Shown piece after piece: positions 9,449 to 24,400 of a stretch of 64,000 nucleotides of DNA; positions within the stretch are counted from its first letter, which is position 1; each line of letters begins with the position of its first letter. The DNA comes from a virus. The DNA lies in the IMG/VR virus record IMGVR_UViG_3300030060_004796, positions 32,001 to 96,000 of that record. One strand, written 5' to 3'. The position numbers and the translations under genes are program-made. Below the pieces are notes generated by a model, which was not told the origin of the DNA, made no database searches, and saw only the letters and a program-made list of their open reading frames with translations.

Positions 9449-12400
9449 ATGGCAGATCAAGAAAATTTTGATGCAAATGTAAATTCAACTGAGAATGCTT
9501 TGGATATGAATTCTATAGTTAATACTGATGATATGCAAGTACCATCATTTAACTCTGATATTGTAGACCAAGTACTTCCAGGAACTGATCATGTTATTCC
9601 AGAAGTTAAACCTTCTGTAGACATGGGCAATCCTGTGTATCCAGATATAGAAGGACCTGGTACAGGTATTGTAAACTTTGAAGAACCATATCCTGGAAAT
9701 TTTAATTATGATACAGAATTATTTGAAGATGTTGTAGATCAGGCTATTGAAATACAAGGAATGCCTAATCTAGAAATGAATCAGCCTTTCTTTGATATGA
9801 TTGACAGAGCAGCTATTGATATAGATAAATATCCAATCATGTTTTCAAATAATGACATGAATGCTGCTTATCCAGGAAGAGCTGGTACAGATTTTGATCC
9901 ATTTAGAACAAGTACAGGTATTCCAGATTTGAGTACACAAAACGGTATTAAAGCATTTTTATCTAGTGCAGTTGATGTAACAAAACAAATAAAAGGTCCA
10001 GATAAAACTCCAGGATATAGAGATCCTTTTCACTACAGTGCAAGAGACTATGACTTAGATAGATATTATAGACATCCTAGATTTTCTGATTTAGGATTCC
10101 ACCCTATGGCTGATAATGAAGCTTATTATCAAGCTAACTCTAGCAAGTGGGATAATTTTACAAGAACACGTAGTGCTTACATGGATATGTTTGGTCCAGC
10201 ATTTACTTCAGGATGGAGATCTATAGGTCAGATGTTTACAGGTGAAACTTTACAATCTGATATGATTGGAGCCATGGCTATGGATGATGCAATGAGAGTT
10301 GGTAGATCTACAAGTGGAGGAACACGTGGATTCTTTAATGATCTATTTCTTAATAGTGCATATACTATGGGTATTATATCAAGTATTGCTGTAGAAGAAT
10401 TAGCATTATTTGGAGCTGCGGCTTTACAAGGGGGTCTGAATCCTGCTGCTGATGCCGCACTTATTGGTAGAACTGGTATGAATATCGGTAGAGTTTTACA
10501 AGCAATAAAAAGAATGTTTACCGTAGGTGAACGGGGTGCTGCTGGTACTAGGATGCTTGCCAAAATGAGAAATCTTAATAATGTTAAAGCCTTTATGACA
10601 GCAGCAAAAGCTGGCGGAAAATCTACAGGTAGATTTTTTGCTCATGTATTTGGTCCAGAAACATTATATCAATATAAGAAATTTAAAACTGCTGCTAAAG
10701 CTGGTGATAATTTCACGCAAATGGCAAAAGCTGCAGGATATGCAGGTGGTTTATATAGGGACTTTAGAGCTATTAATTTAGCTTGGGCAGAATCTAAGAT
10801 GGAAGCCGGTCTTGTTGAAATGGAATTACAAAAATCACTCTATGAAGAAGTGATGGCTCTAAAGGATGGAGAAGATCCATCTGTAAAAGAAATGGAAATG
10901 ATTGTTAGTGATGCTAGAGCAGCAGCATTAACAACTTCACTTATTAATATGCCTATTATATATGCAAGTAATAAACTTGTATTAGATGGTGCATTAAGAG
11001 GATTTAAACCTTTAGGTAGGATAATGGATGAATCTTTATCTGGGCCATTTGGTAGAATACTGTTTAGAAAGGGTCTAAAGGAAAATCCATTTGTTGATAT
11101 GGGTAAGAAGTGGATTATTGGTGAGAATATGAGAAGAATGTGGAAGGCTGGTTTTAAAGCTAGTTGGAAACACATGGGTGCTACAGCATTAAGATATTCT
11201 ACAGCAAACTTTGCAGAAGGTATTCAGGAACTTGCACAAGAAGCTACATCACATGGTGTAAAATCTTACTTTACAAGTTTATATGATAGCCCAATGGGTA
11301 TAGCAAATGATGTTCATTTAGCACAAATGACACAAGCTCATCAAGCAGGTACAGAATCTATGTATGGTAATTATACACATACAGATAGAATATCAGGTAT
11401 GACAGCTGCAGAAGCTATTAGTAAAGGTGCAGCTTCACAATGGAGCGGTCAAGGTCTTCATACATTTATGTCAGGATTCTTAATGGGTGGAATTGTACAA
11501 GGTCCTCAAAGATTAATGTTTGATGTTACTCCAAATGTATTAAGATGGGGTAAGGACAAAGTGATGAAAACTACAGATTATGCTGACTATAGAGCTAAAA
11601 GAGATAAAGAAATAGGTAATGCGGTAGATACATTAAATAAAGTTTATGCAGATCCTAAGAAGTATTTTGACATAACTAAGTTAAATGCTATGACTCAGAA
11701 AGAGTTAAATAGTGCAATGTTTAAAGCAGCAGGAGCTGATGACATAACTAGCTTTATGGACTATAAAGATCATGGTGTCTTTAGTGCCTTATATACTGTA
11801 ATGGCTACAGGAAACTTAAATAACTTTACTGAACAACTTAAAGATTTTAAGAACTTAGATGACACAGCATTAAAAGAAGCTTTTAGTTCTGTTTCTTCTA
11901 CTCCAGAAAAAATTAGAGCACGTATTGATAAAATGCTTACTAGAGCAGAAGAAATCAAAAAAGGTTATAACAAAATGAAAGATGAATTTGTTAATCCTTT
12001 TAATCCTGATAGATATAAAAAAGATAGCAGATCATACCATGAAGAACAATTAAGACAAATAGCATTTGAGCATGCCAAGATGATGGCTATGTTTACGCAA
12101 ACAACTTTTGAACAATCATTAGAAAGAGCTAATGATATTTATAATACACTATCTTCTGATCCTGTACTAGGAAGTATTTCAGAGAGTGATATTAGAGCTT
12201 TGACAAGTAGAGAAGGTTTAGCAAAAGAAATAGCTCTATTAGAAAAAGAAGTAGAATTAGGTGCTAAAACAAAAGAAGAAAAAGAAATATTAGCTAGAAA
12301 GAAAAAGAAGTTAGAACTCCTTAAAAATTATTCTGAAATATTTAATGATTCAAGCAATCAAGCTTCAACCAACGGTCAAATGTATTCTGAATTATTTGAG

Positions 12401-15400
12401 ATGGATGGAAAAACATATAAAACAAAATCTATGAATATAGGTAGGTATGACAAAAGAAAGATGGGTAAATTAAAACCTGCATTTGTTGCATACCTACAAT
12501 TCTTAGCTGAAACAAATGATGATCTTGTTATTAATGATAAAATAATACCTACTTTAAAAAAGATTATAGACTTTGGATATTTAAAAGGTAGAGCTTCTGA
12601 TTATGCACAAGCTGCTAATGTTCTAATGAATCCTGGAAATCTGTATGAAATGACAGATAGATTAGCAGCCATAATGGGAGAAGCTTGGGAACAACATAAG
12701 AATAAAAATAATCTTACATTAAAACTTAAAAAATATCACGATCAAACAATACGTAGACAATTTCTAAAAGATCTTGCAGATGATATGATTCAACCTGATC
12801 CTGATCAAACAGTAGCATTCCTAGAAGAAGGTATAATGCCTACAGACTTTTATGATGGAACACCAGGCAGTGAGGGTTTAATAACTAAAAGTAGTGATCC
12901 ATTAAAGTGGGCAACTATAGAAGGACTTAAAGAAAACTATTATGAAGCAACTAAAGTAGATAAGGGTGAAACAACTGACGCTACTAAAGAAGAAAGAAGG
13001 CAGGCTGAGTCAGAAACTTCAGAAGGAACTCAAGCAGAACCTGACTTTGAAAGTGTTACAGGAAGAAGTAAATACCAACAGTTTCTACAAAAAGATAAAG
13101 ATACACGTGAGATTATAGAAAGAAAGTATAAAGAATATAAATCTACTTGGAATTCTGAGCAAGGTCCGCTTATGAGTAAGAATGAATGGGCTGCTTCACC
13201 ACAAGGTGGAAAAAATATTATAAAGTCTAGATATGAGTTAGATCAAATGTATCAAGCAGAACCTGCTGAAGTAAAAGATAAATATCCTACTCTAGAAGAT
13301 TGGATAATTGCAAATAAAAAGAATCCTTTAATTGCAGGAACAAACGGAATACTCACTAAAAATAATGTTGGTATTTCAGATGTATCTGTAAACTTATCTA
13401 AAGAAACAGGAGTACAAAGAGATAAACTTGATGGTAACCAAAAAGTAATTGCTACAGATAAGGCTACTGGATTAAGTGTTATTGAGGTAACTAACTATGA
13501 TGATAATAATAATAAAGATGTACAATATTATATATCAGATAAAGACCCACAAAATAGAGTTTGGAAAACCTATGAAAATCTAAACCCTAAAGGTAAACAA
13601 GTAATTAGATCTGGATATGTAAAAAAGACAGATGCAGTAAAAGCATATAATTATATATTAAGAAATATGCCTTCAGACACTGTGTTTGAATTTGGTAAGG
13701 ATGATCAAGGAATGCCTATTAAGTGGACAACTTCAGATATTGTACTTGACTCTGCAGATAATGAATATATTGTTAGATCTAATCCTAAGATGGTTAGAAG
13801 AAATAATAATCTTTATGTAGTACCAATTGGTAAAGCTAAAGCTAAAAAAGGAGAGGATGAAAGAGTTTATATAACAGAAGATGAATGGAGAACTCAAGGA
13901 TGGAAAAAGAAAGAAGAATCAAAACTTGATATAGGTACAACAATACAGAAACTTAGTTCATTTGAACCAGTTAAAATATATCCTTTTGACGGAAGTAAAG
14001 TATTATTTGGAAAGTTTAAAAATCATCCAGTACCAGAGGAAGGAGCAGAGTTGTCATTTGATGATGTTTTAAGGAGTTTATCAGAAGAGGATAGAAAAAA
14101 TATTACATTCCTAGTTGAAAAGAATCCAGCGTATGATCAATATTTGCAAGACTTAGAAAGTGGAAGTCTTCAGCCATATCAAGGTGATCCTAGATTTGAT
14201 CCAAATCCAGCTATACGTAAAGGACAAAATAAATATGAAGTTACTATAATGTTGGGTAATAGACCTATTGGTAAGATGATGGGTGTTGGGATAGCAACAT
14301 TAGTAGATCCTAAAACTGGACAAAAAATTGATGGACACAAAATAACTACAGAACAAACAGAAAGAATTTTCAGACTTAATGGTAGAGATGCAGCAGATGT
14401 AGCAGCAATGGTTAGAAGAAATTATGCAAAGGCTAATTTAATAACTAGAGAAATTGAAAATAGAATTGGAACTAAAAGTTCAACTGTAATTAAAATCAGT
14501 AGTTTACAAGATATTGAGTTAAATGTGTTACCTGGTTACACAGGATGGTATGTTGATAATGACAACAATCCTATTAATCCTAGATCTCCTGGTGCAAAAA
14601 AGAATGCTAAACGTGCTTCAACACCGTGGGCAGATATACCTCAATCATATAATAATTATGATGGTGAATTAATTATATATGACACAAAAAGATCAAGAGA
14701 TTCAGGAAGAAGATCTTCTACAAAAGTGTGGTCAATTGATCCAAGTAGTGCAAGAGGTAAAACAATATCTAATGAGATTACAAATTACATTCAGAAAAAA
14801 GGCTTATTATCTGTAGGTCAATTGGGATCAGGTAGATACTTACAGTTTGTGAAACTACCAAATGGTACAATTCATCATTTTGAATTAAAGTTAGATCCGC
14901 TATCAGAAGAAAGCTTAAATGATATTGCTGTTGATATTAAAAATAAACAACAGGAACTTATTGGTAAGGCATATAATGAAAAAGGAAAATTAAACAAAAA
15001 GCAAGCGGTACTTACAAGAGATAAAATTAACCAAGAACTAGCAGAATCTTTCTACATACTTTCAAATATTGTTGGGGATGATATAGAAATCTACTTTAAG
15101 GAAACAGGTGAGATGATGTTTAAAGTAGAAAGAGAAGATTCAAAAGTAACTATAGCTCTTGAAGAAAAATTCTTTGAACTTATCACAGATGGAAAAAGTT
15201 TAATAGAAACAATTAATAATGAGTTTAAAAGAGTGGAGGCAGATAAAGCAAAGAGAGATAAAAAGTTTAAGAAAACTAACTTTAATCTTACAATGGAAAG
15301 CTTTTCTCCATCTATACCAGCTAACTTAACTGATCCAACTCAACTTGTAGATTCTGGTGTTTCAGCAAGAGTTATAGCAACTGTGTCATGGGGACAATTA

Positions 15401-18400
15401 GCTGATATTAATTATACAAATGAAGTTAAGATTAAGGAAGAAATAAATGGTCCTAGTACAACAGGAGGTACAATGACACAAACAACTCCTTATGGAACAG
15501 AGCAAGGCCCAGAAGTACAGCTACCAAATACTACAAAAGAAAATGCTTATGAGATTCCAAAATCAAAGTTTACTATACCAGAAGTAACTAGTAATGAAGA
15601 TAGATTAGCATTAATAGAAGAAACTTTAACTGAAGACCATAAGCGTACAGTAGCTTTAATGCGTGAAAAAAATATTGCTCCAGAAAAAATAGAGAGTTTT
15701 ATATTTAGTAAAGCTAAAGAAACAGGTCAAGGAAATAATCTATTAGTGGATTTTGAAATGGAAGACATTTTAAATAATCCAAAAGAGTATAGTGAAGCAT
15801 TAGTAGTTAATGCTATGAGAAGAAGAATAGATGGAAGTAGTCCTATTAGTAGTGGTAGTGCTGAATCTAGAACAGCAGAAAATCTAGCAGAAATTAAACA
15901 AGATATACAACAAGGAGAACAGTTTAATAAAACTTTTAGTAATGAGAATGCTGCTGGTAGATATAGAGCTGGTGAAGGTTATGTAGCATTTCAAGGAAAA
16001 TATAGAACTGGTCAAATAGGATTGCGAAGATTGGCATATGAATCACTTATTGATTTAGGAATTCTTGAAGGTATTGACAATCTAACAGAAACTGAAATAA
16101 CAGATGAACTATGGGCAGAGTTAATGGAGCAAGAGTTTAAGAATCTTCCTGAAGGTATCTTAATGCCTATAAGAAGAAAGATTGCAAACTCTACACCACT
16201 TACACCAAGAGAAAGATTAATTATTGACGCATTAGAAAGTCAAGGTAAAAATATACTTGATGGAATAACTTCTGAAGAAGCTGCCACTCAAAAGAATGAA
16301 GATAATTTACAAGCAGAGTCAGGTAATCAAAATATATTAGATCAAATATCTAAAAAAAGAAATGAAATAGCTCAAGCTAAAGATAAAGTAGAAAGAGAAC
16401 TTACAGCTCAAATACAAAAAGCAAATCCAGAAATGTCTAAACCAGAAGTAGAAATTCAGGTTAATGAGATGATGGAGCAAGATGATGAGATTAAAAAGTT
16501 AAATACTGAATTAGCAAAATTACAATCTAAATTAGGGTATAAAATATTACCAGAATTTGATGGGAATGATGTTGAAAATATTGACAATTTTATAGACTGG
16601 GTTAAAAATAATTTACCAGAAGCTATTATGGTTGGTGATATTGATGATTTAGGTAGAAGATTAAAAGCTAATGGTGTAACTATTGGTGCGTTTGTTATGG
16701 AACTATCTAAGGTTTCTGGAGGAATAAAAGATCTTGTAGGTAAAGTATATGTAGGAAAACAATCTCCATTTAGATACCATGAGGCATTTCACGGTGTATT
16801 TAGAATGTTACTTACTGATGCTGAAATTAAAAAATATCTTGGTGTAGCTAAGAATGATGTACGTAAAAAAATGCAAAGCTCTAAAGGTTATGAAATACTA
16901 CCTGGAGTGTTTGTTAAAAATATGAATCAAGCTAGAATAACTCTAAGAGGTCTAGCAAAGTCATATGCTTTAATGGACAATGCAACATTAGATGAAAGAA
17001 TTTATGAAGAATATCTAGCTGATGAGTTTGAAAAATTCAAAACAAATCCAAGATCTTCTAAGGTAGGATCTGAAGTTAAAAGTTGGTTTACACGTTTATT
17101 AGAATGGATCAAAAATATTTTCTTAGGATATAACTCTTCAGAATTAAATGACTTATTTACAAGTATAGATTCTGGAAAATATAGAGAAGCAGGTATTCAA
17201 GAAAATGTATTTACAAGAGAAGCTATGCAAGAAATTGCTGAAGGAGGTGTAGTTACTTCAACAGCTTTGAAAGCAATTAGAAAAGGAGATCCTATTGAGT
17301 CAGTAAGGCCTACTGTTAGAAACGGGGTAGTAATTCCTGATGGAAGAACAATCTATATAAATAATTATTTTACAGCTAAAGAGACAAATGGAATAGTTGC
17401 AGAAATAGGAGCTATGTATCTCAATAGATTAGATACTCTTGCTGATGATCCTAATTTTACAGGAGAATACAATCCTTCAGCAATACTTGACCAAACAATA
17501 GATGAGTATATAGAAAGGTATAATTTTGCTAGAGCAACGGAAACTTCTGACGGAACTAAAAATTATTACTATGCTGGCAAAATAAATAGACAGACTAGAG
17601 AAAAATTAAATGAAAGATATAAGTCATTAAAGCAATATAAATCTGATGTTAAAGATTCTGTTACAGAATATCTAGAATTGTTTGATGAAGATGTTACATC
17701 TGAATTAGAAGTTTTAGAAAAAATTGATATGGATTCTGGAGGTCAAGTTAAGACAACAGAACAATATGAAAAAGATGCAAATGAAATAGGAGGATGGAAA
17801 TCATTAAGTAAAGGTGTACGTAAATTTCTTGCAACTACAACTAAAGAAGTGAAAGATGAGTTTACTGGAGAAATAGTTTCTGTTCCAGTTGATTATATTA
17901 CAGCATACAATGCGTTAATGAAATCTTTATCAGGTATGACTAATATACATAGTATGCTTGTTAAGTTAAAATTATTCTCAGAATCAAGTGAAGATGCAAG
18001 AGCAGTTATAGATGCAATCTTTACTAAAGCTAATCTTTCTAATATTACACTAGAGGATTTTATAAATGGAAATTATAAGCTTGATCAAGTAACTAATGAA
18101 GTTTTCTTCCAAGGTATTATAAAAGCATTTTCACAATTTAGAACGGATTATTATTATTTAGAAACAGATGTAGAAAAAGGACTTGTAAATATATTTAAAG
18201 CAAATCATAGAGATGATGCTCATACTCAAACTGATAAATGGCAAGGAAATTATACAAGTAAATTAGAGAATTTAAATACAAATCCTAATGCTCTTAGTGC
18301 TGCACAAGATCCTTGGGGTAGTATTGTATTTAATTCTAATAAAGAATCAATTAAAGAAGAAGAGTTAAATACAACATCAAAAAGAATTCAAAGACAAATA

Positions 18401-21400
18401 GAAAATAGTATAGGTTTTAATCTTAGTTGGATGACTGTTAAATATATGATTCTATCAAACGGTATTCAAAATAAAACAGATGCTCAAGCAAAATTCTTAA
18501 ATACATTTAAAAGTGAGATAGAATTTAATTTAGATGATGTTTCTCAAATTCAAACAGCTATTTCAAATCATGGACTTACAAAAGATAACCGTCAAACTGG
18601 AAACTTATTTTATGATATGAATGAAGTTTCTGTTGAGGAAGAAGAAAATGAAGTTAATGCAGAAGGAACAGATGTAAAATCTAGAATTAAAAAGCTAGCA
18701 AAATTAAATGCAATTTTTGATGACACAGTAGGTGCTACAGTATTTAGGAATCCAGAAGGAAAACTTATATATGCTCATCAAATGCCAACTTATGATCTAG
18801 AGAAAATAGCAGAATTAAATAGTGAAGATGCTATAGATGAGTTAATGAACAGTAACAGATTCTTAAATTCTAACTATTTATTAAATGATCCTAGATTTAG
18901 AAAACTAGCTGCGGATGGTAAGCTAAGAATATCTAGAGTAGCTGGACAAAAAATAGTAGACTTAAATACTGATAGTGAAGGTAACTTTAAAGCATCTAAT
19001 GGTATTGATCTAAGTAGAAGAGCTGTAACATTTGGAGATTCTACACCTAAAGATTTTTTATCTCAAATGATAAATCTTTATATAGCTGACTATAATAATT
19101 TAAACGGTAAAGTTCCAGAAAATACGTATAAAGCTGAAGATGATTTTGGAACAATGATAGACAAACCATTTACTACTTCATTAGTTAATGTTACAGTAAT
19201 TGCAGAATCTAACACAGCTGACTTTGTACCTATACCTATTATAACCGCAGTACAACTAAAGAATGGAAAATCTACAATAACTGATGAATATGTAGATGAT
19301 GTTATGACTGAAGTTGAAAATGAATATAATAGAATTCAACGTGAGGTACAACAAACAGAAGGATATACAGAAGACAACCTTAAAGGATATAATGAATTTA
19401 CTTCTGTTGAAGATATAAATGATGAAGATGCTAAAACAGATAGAGCAGCTAAATTTGGAACTACTGCTGAACTATTAAAAAGCAAGAAGAGAACTTCAGA
19501 AACAATTAGAGAAGTTGGAGATGGTATTGAGTTTGCTTTAGGTCCTGCTGAAGTAAAGTCAGCAAAATCCGGAACAAGTATAATACTAAGAGAAGTTGGA
19601 CATAATAATAAGAAGCTGGGTCTTAATCAAGATGAGTCAGTAAGAACTCCTATTTATACTTTAAAAAGTAAAAAAGAAACTGAAGAAACTTATTCAGTAA
19701 CATATAAAGGTGTAGTTTCTGTAGAGTCATATTCTGTAGATACTATAAAAGAAATGTTAAATGAGGATTGGTCAGAAGCAAAAGATGGTACTCATACTCA
19801 TAAAGTAAAGCTTGGTGATGAATCAATATGGGTTAGAAGTGCTAGACAAAGAGATTGGATTAATGGCAAAAAAGATCTTGAAGTATTTGAGGTTATACCT
19901 TCTTCAAAAGTAGAAACGGAGATAACAGAACTAGGTGAGGAAATAATAACAACTGAAGATAACGTATTAAAAGAACTACAAAGAATTGCAAGAACTGAAG
20001 TTGATGATAAGGGTAATCCTTTATCATTTGATGAAGCACTTAAGATGACTAAAGAAAAGACAGGAATTGATCCTAGAGCATTAGTTATTCAAAGATTAAA
20101 TCAAGAGTTTGAAGAGTTTATGGAAGTTATAGGTCCGGGACAAACAGGAGCTATCAATCAAATAGATAAAAGATTAACTAGCAAACTAACAACAGCAGAG
20201 GGAAAAACAAACAAGAATACAGAAAGATCAATGGTTCTTCTTAATCTTGAAAATAACAATACAGATAATCACAACTTAAAACAAATATTTTTTAATGATT
20301 ATCTAAATAGAATATCTATTAAACAAATTCTTATGGGTGATAGAGCTTTAGGTCTTAAGGATGTTGTGGATGAGATCAAAAGAATGAAAGCCTTAAATGC
20401 TGCTGGACCAAGTGCTGAAAGTGTTATTTATGCTCCTGAAAAAGGAGTGATGCATCCTACTAAACATATTAGTCTTATAACTATGACTGATGTTGAGACT
20501 CCTTCTAAATATAATACAAAAGGCAAAGAAGGTAAAGTTACTGAGACTGATGCTCAAATGTGGGGAACTACTAAAGGGTTTAGACATACAATGTTTGGAT
20601 TTGGAATGCTTAATTCTGCACAAGCTAAAATATTAGACAAGATAGAAGCAGGAGAAGATATTAGTATAGATGAATTTTATGGTGCTGGAGTTTCTAAAAA
20701 TGGATATAAACAATTAGGTGCTATTTTAAATTCTCAAAAACTTGTTTATTTTGATGGAGAAGTATTTCTAAAGATGTCTAATATTGTATTAACTAAGGCA
20801 TTGACTTCTGATCCACAAACTAATTTCCAAACTGCTCTTCCAGGAAGAGAAGATATGCATAATCTAAGATTAAAGCTAGAAAAGATAGAACAAGAAGGTG
20901 ATCAAACTATTGCTTTTGCTGTGCCTGAGTCTGCTTCTAAAATGGTTAAAAGAAATGTTATAGATTATACAAGAGCTTTTGATGCTAATTTAGAATTAAG
21001 TCCTGAAAATATTTCTAGCCTTGATGCACGTTGGATGAGATTACAACAAGTTAATCCATCTAATAAAGAAATCATTATTGATCCAACACAAATAAAACAA
21101 ATCATCACAAGTGAGCAAGATGATAGTGTTCAAGTAATGTTTGCTGGAGAAATGATCCCAATAGGAAAAATAAGAGAAATCTACAATGATGCTGTAAGTA
21201 ATAGAGTTGAAATTAAATATCTAGATAGAAGAAACTTAATATTTGATTTCCAAATAGGACAAGATGAATTACAAGCAAGTATTAAGAAAGGACAAGTAAC
21301 TCCTGATCTATCTGCATTCTTAGAATACGCAAAAAATAGTTTAGCAGCATCAGGTGCAAGAGCACAATTTATGGAATTATTTGAAGTGGATAAAGCTGGT

Positions 21401-24400
21401 CAGCCAAAATATGATCTAAACAATCCTATTACAATCAATAAATTCCAAGAACTATTTATGTCATTCTTCACTAAAGGTGTAATGAGTGAAAAGGTAAGTG
21501 GTGAATCAGTTGCATTAGTATCTGGGCAAGGTATGAAAGTAATTAAGAAGGTTAAACAATTAGATCCTGTAACAGGTCAACCTATTGAATGGGAAGTTAT
21601 TAGAATGCAAGACTACGCTAATCTTAAAAATAGACCAGAAATAAAGTATCTTAATTATACAGATGTTGCTAATAAGACATTTGCAGATATGAGAGTAGGT
21701 GATTTATATGTAGATGAATTAAAAGCTAATGTAAAAGAGTATGATGAAAATGGAAAGGAGACAGGACTAGTATATTCTGAAATGATGTTGCCTGCACATC
21801 ATTCATCATTAAAAAATATTAAATCAGGACAAAAGATTCCTGATGTTGTATCAAAAGCATTTGCTACACGTATTCCATCACAAGATAAACACTCTGCAAT
21901 TAATCTTAGACTTGTAGACTTTATGCCTGTATTTTATGGATCTTCAGGAGTATTCCCACCAGATCTTATTGAAATATCTGGGGCTGACTTTGATATTGAT
22001 AAACTATATGTACAATTTAAAGAGTTTTATAGACAAGATGGTGAGTTTGTTGAGTATGGAAAAACAAAAGATACTGATAAACAATATGAAGAGTACCTTA
22101 GATATAAGCAAGCAGAGTCTAAGCAAAAAGGTACATCTATGCATATGGCTGTACAGAAGTGGAATAATAGAGGAAGAATTATTGATATAGATTTAGATGC
22201 TGATGTTTCTCTTCCTTCTGAAGAAATTATTGGAGGATTAAGATTGCTAGATCTGCCAGTAACAAGAGAAGAGTTTGCAGAATACCTAAAGAAAAATAAT
22301 AATAGACTTCCATATTCTGGAGCACATAGTAATAAAGCATTGGATGCTAAGTATGCTTTATTAGGAAACGAAGGAATGACAGAAGGTAGAAATGGTAGAG
22401 ATGTTGGAATTGCTTATGAGCCAGCTGTATTAGATCCTTTAGAAGATGTATGGAGCTTTATACAAAAAGAACTTCCGGAATTAGCAGAACAGGTTCAAGA
22501 AGAAGGTGTTATAGTAGATAATATGCTTGGTATGTATAGAGCATGGAAAAACAACAAAGAAGGTGCTAATTCTATTGGAGCTATTGTATTACCTAATATA
22601 GTATTAAATTTACTTAAAGAATACAAGGTTGATTTAAGATCAAAAACTTCAAACGGCAAAAGAATTTTAGGTGGTAACTTAGAACTTAATGGTATTCAGT
22701 ATAAAAGTTTTAAAGGAGATTATGCTATAAATCCTGAAACTAAAAAACCAGATGTAAATGGTTTAAGAAAACAATTTGTAATATCTGCTTTAGTTACAGC
22801 TGCAACAGATAACGCAAAAGAAAGATTGCTTGCAAAACTTGGTTTAAATAAAGATGCATTAGCTACTGTTGGTACATTACTAAGTGTTGGTGTAGATATT
22901 AATACAGCAATATTACTTATTAATCAACCAGATATAAAGCGTATGTATGCTTTAGTTGCTAATAAAGAAAAGCCTACTGATCCAGGAATGGACTCAATGG
23001 TCAAAAGAGAACTAGAAGCAATTTTAGCAGAAGATGCATTAGCAGAAAAAAATTCTAAAAAAGTTAATGTTGATAGTGAATTATTAATAAGACACATAAA
23101 AGGTGGAGAAGTTGCTACATATGAAAGATTTGCTATATTAAAACAATTCCAAGAAGCTAGAACTTTAAAAGAAAATGTAGGCCATCTTCAAGCATTAGTA
23201 ACTAAAGTAGCAGGTTTAGGTAGAGGCATGAAAGAAATGTATGATTCTTTTGAAAGCTTTGAAAAGTTAGGATCTGAACTTAACAATGTACAATTTGGAA
23301 AAGAAGAAATTCCTTTTGACTCAAGAGAACTATTTAAAGGAAAAACATTCCAAGCAACATACTATAAAATATTCCAAAATATACAACAATTAACACCTAC
23401 TGTATTCTTAACAGAAACAGATGAGTTTAGAAAAATTACAAGTGCTATTATAGCAAACATGAAAGATCAGAGTCCAGAAAGGGTTCAGAAAGTAAAACGA
23501 GATGTTCTTTCTTATATGATTGGAAAAGGATACACAACTTATCTTGGTAAAGTAGGAAAAGCAACTCTAGCAGCATCTTTACAAAACGGAATGATATATG
23601 ATGAGTTTGCTGATGGTCTTACAATAGTAGATGTAATAAATGAAATTAAAACTCTACTAAAAGGTAAATCAAATTACTTTATAGATCAATTTGTATATGC
23701 AAAGGATACAAGAAATCCAAATAATAAGTCAGGTATTAATCAAGCTGTATCTAATACATGGGGTAGAATTGGTGCTGATCAAATGACAGTTATTCAAAAT
23801 AGTCTTAGAGAATTATATGCTGATGAAAATATTAGACACAACGTATATCACTTACTACATTATGAATTAGTTAAGAATGGATTACAATATAGTGAAGGTA
23901 CATTATTAAGTGCATTCCCAGCAGCTATGTTAGATGAATTATTATTAGTATCAGAAACTATTAAGGATACATTTAATAATGAGATTGTTACTAATGAAAT
24001 GTATAACAAATTATTTGGAATGTCTTTTGATGAATTAATTTCAGAAGTAACAGAAGGTTATTTACAGAGTAGAAGTAATGTATACTATACTCCTGAAATA
24101 AAAAAGACAAAATCTGAAGCTCTTACATATAATAAAGAAGAAGGTATATTAGATGTTAGTAGATACAGCAGACGTAAACCTAGAAGTAAGAAGAAAGGAA
24201 AACACAAAAGAAAAGGTACAGGTAAAGTATTTGATGGAGTACTTAGAAGAGCTGGTTTTGAACAACAAGAAAATGAATTTGAATTCCCTCTAGTTATTAC
24301 AATGAATGTAGGAACTAAAAGGAAGCCAGACTATAGGACTTTCAAGCTTGAAGAAGTATATTCAACTAACAAGATTGAAAAAACAGAATTATCTGATCCG

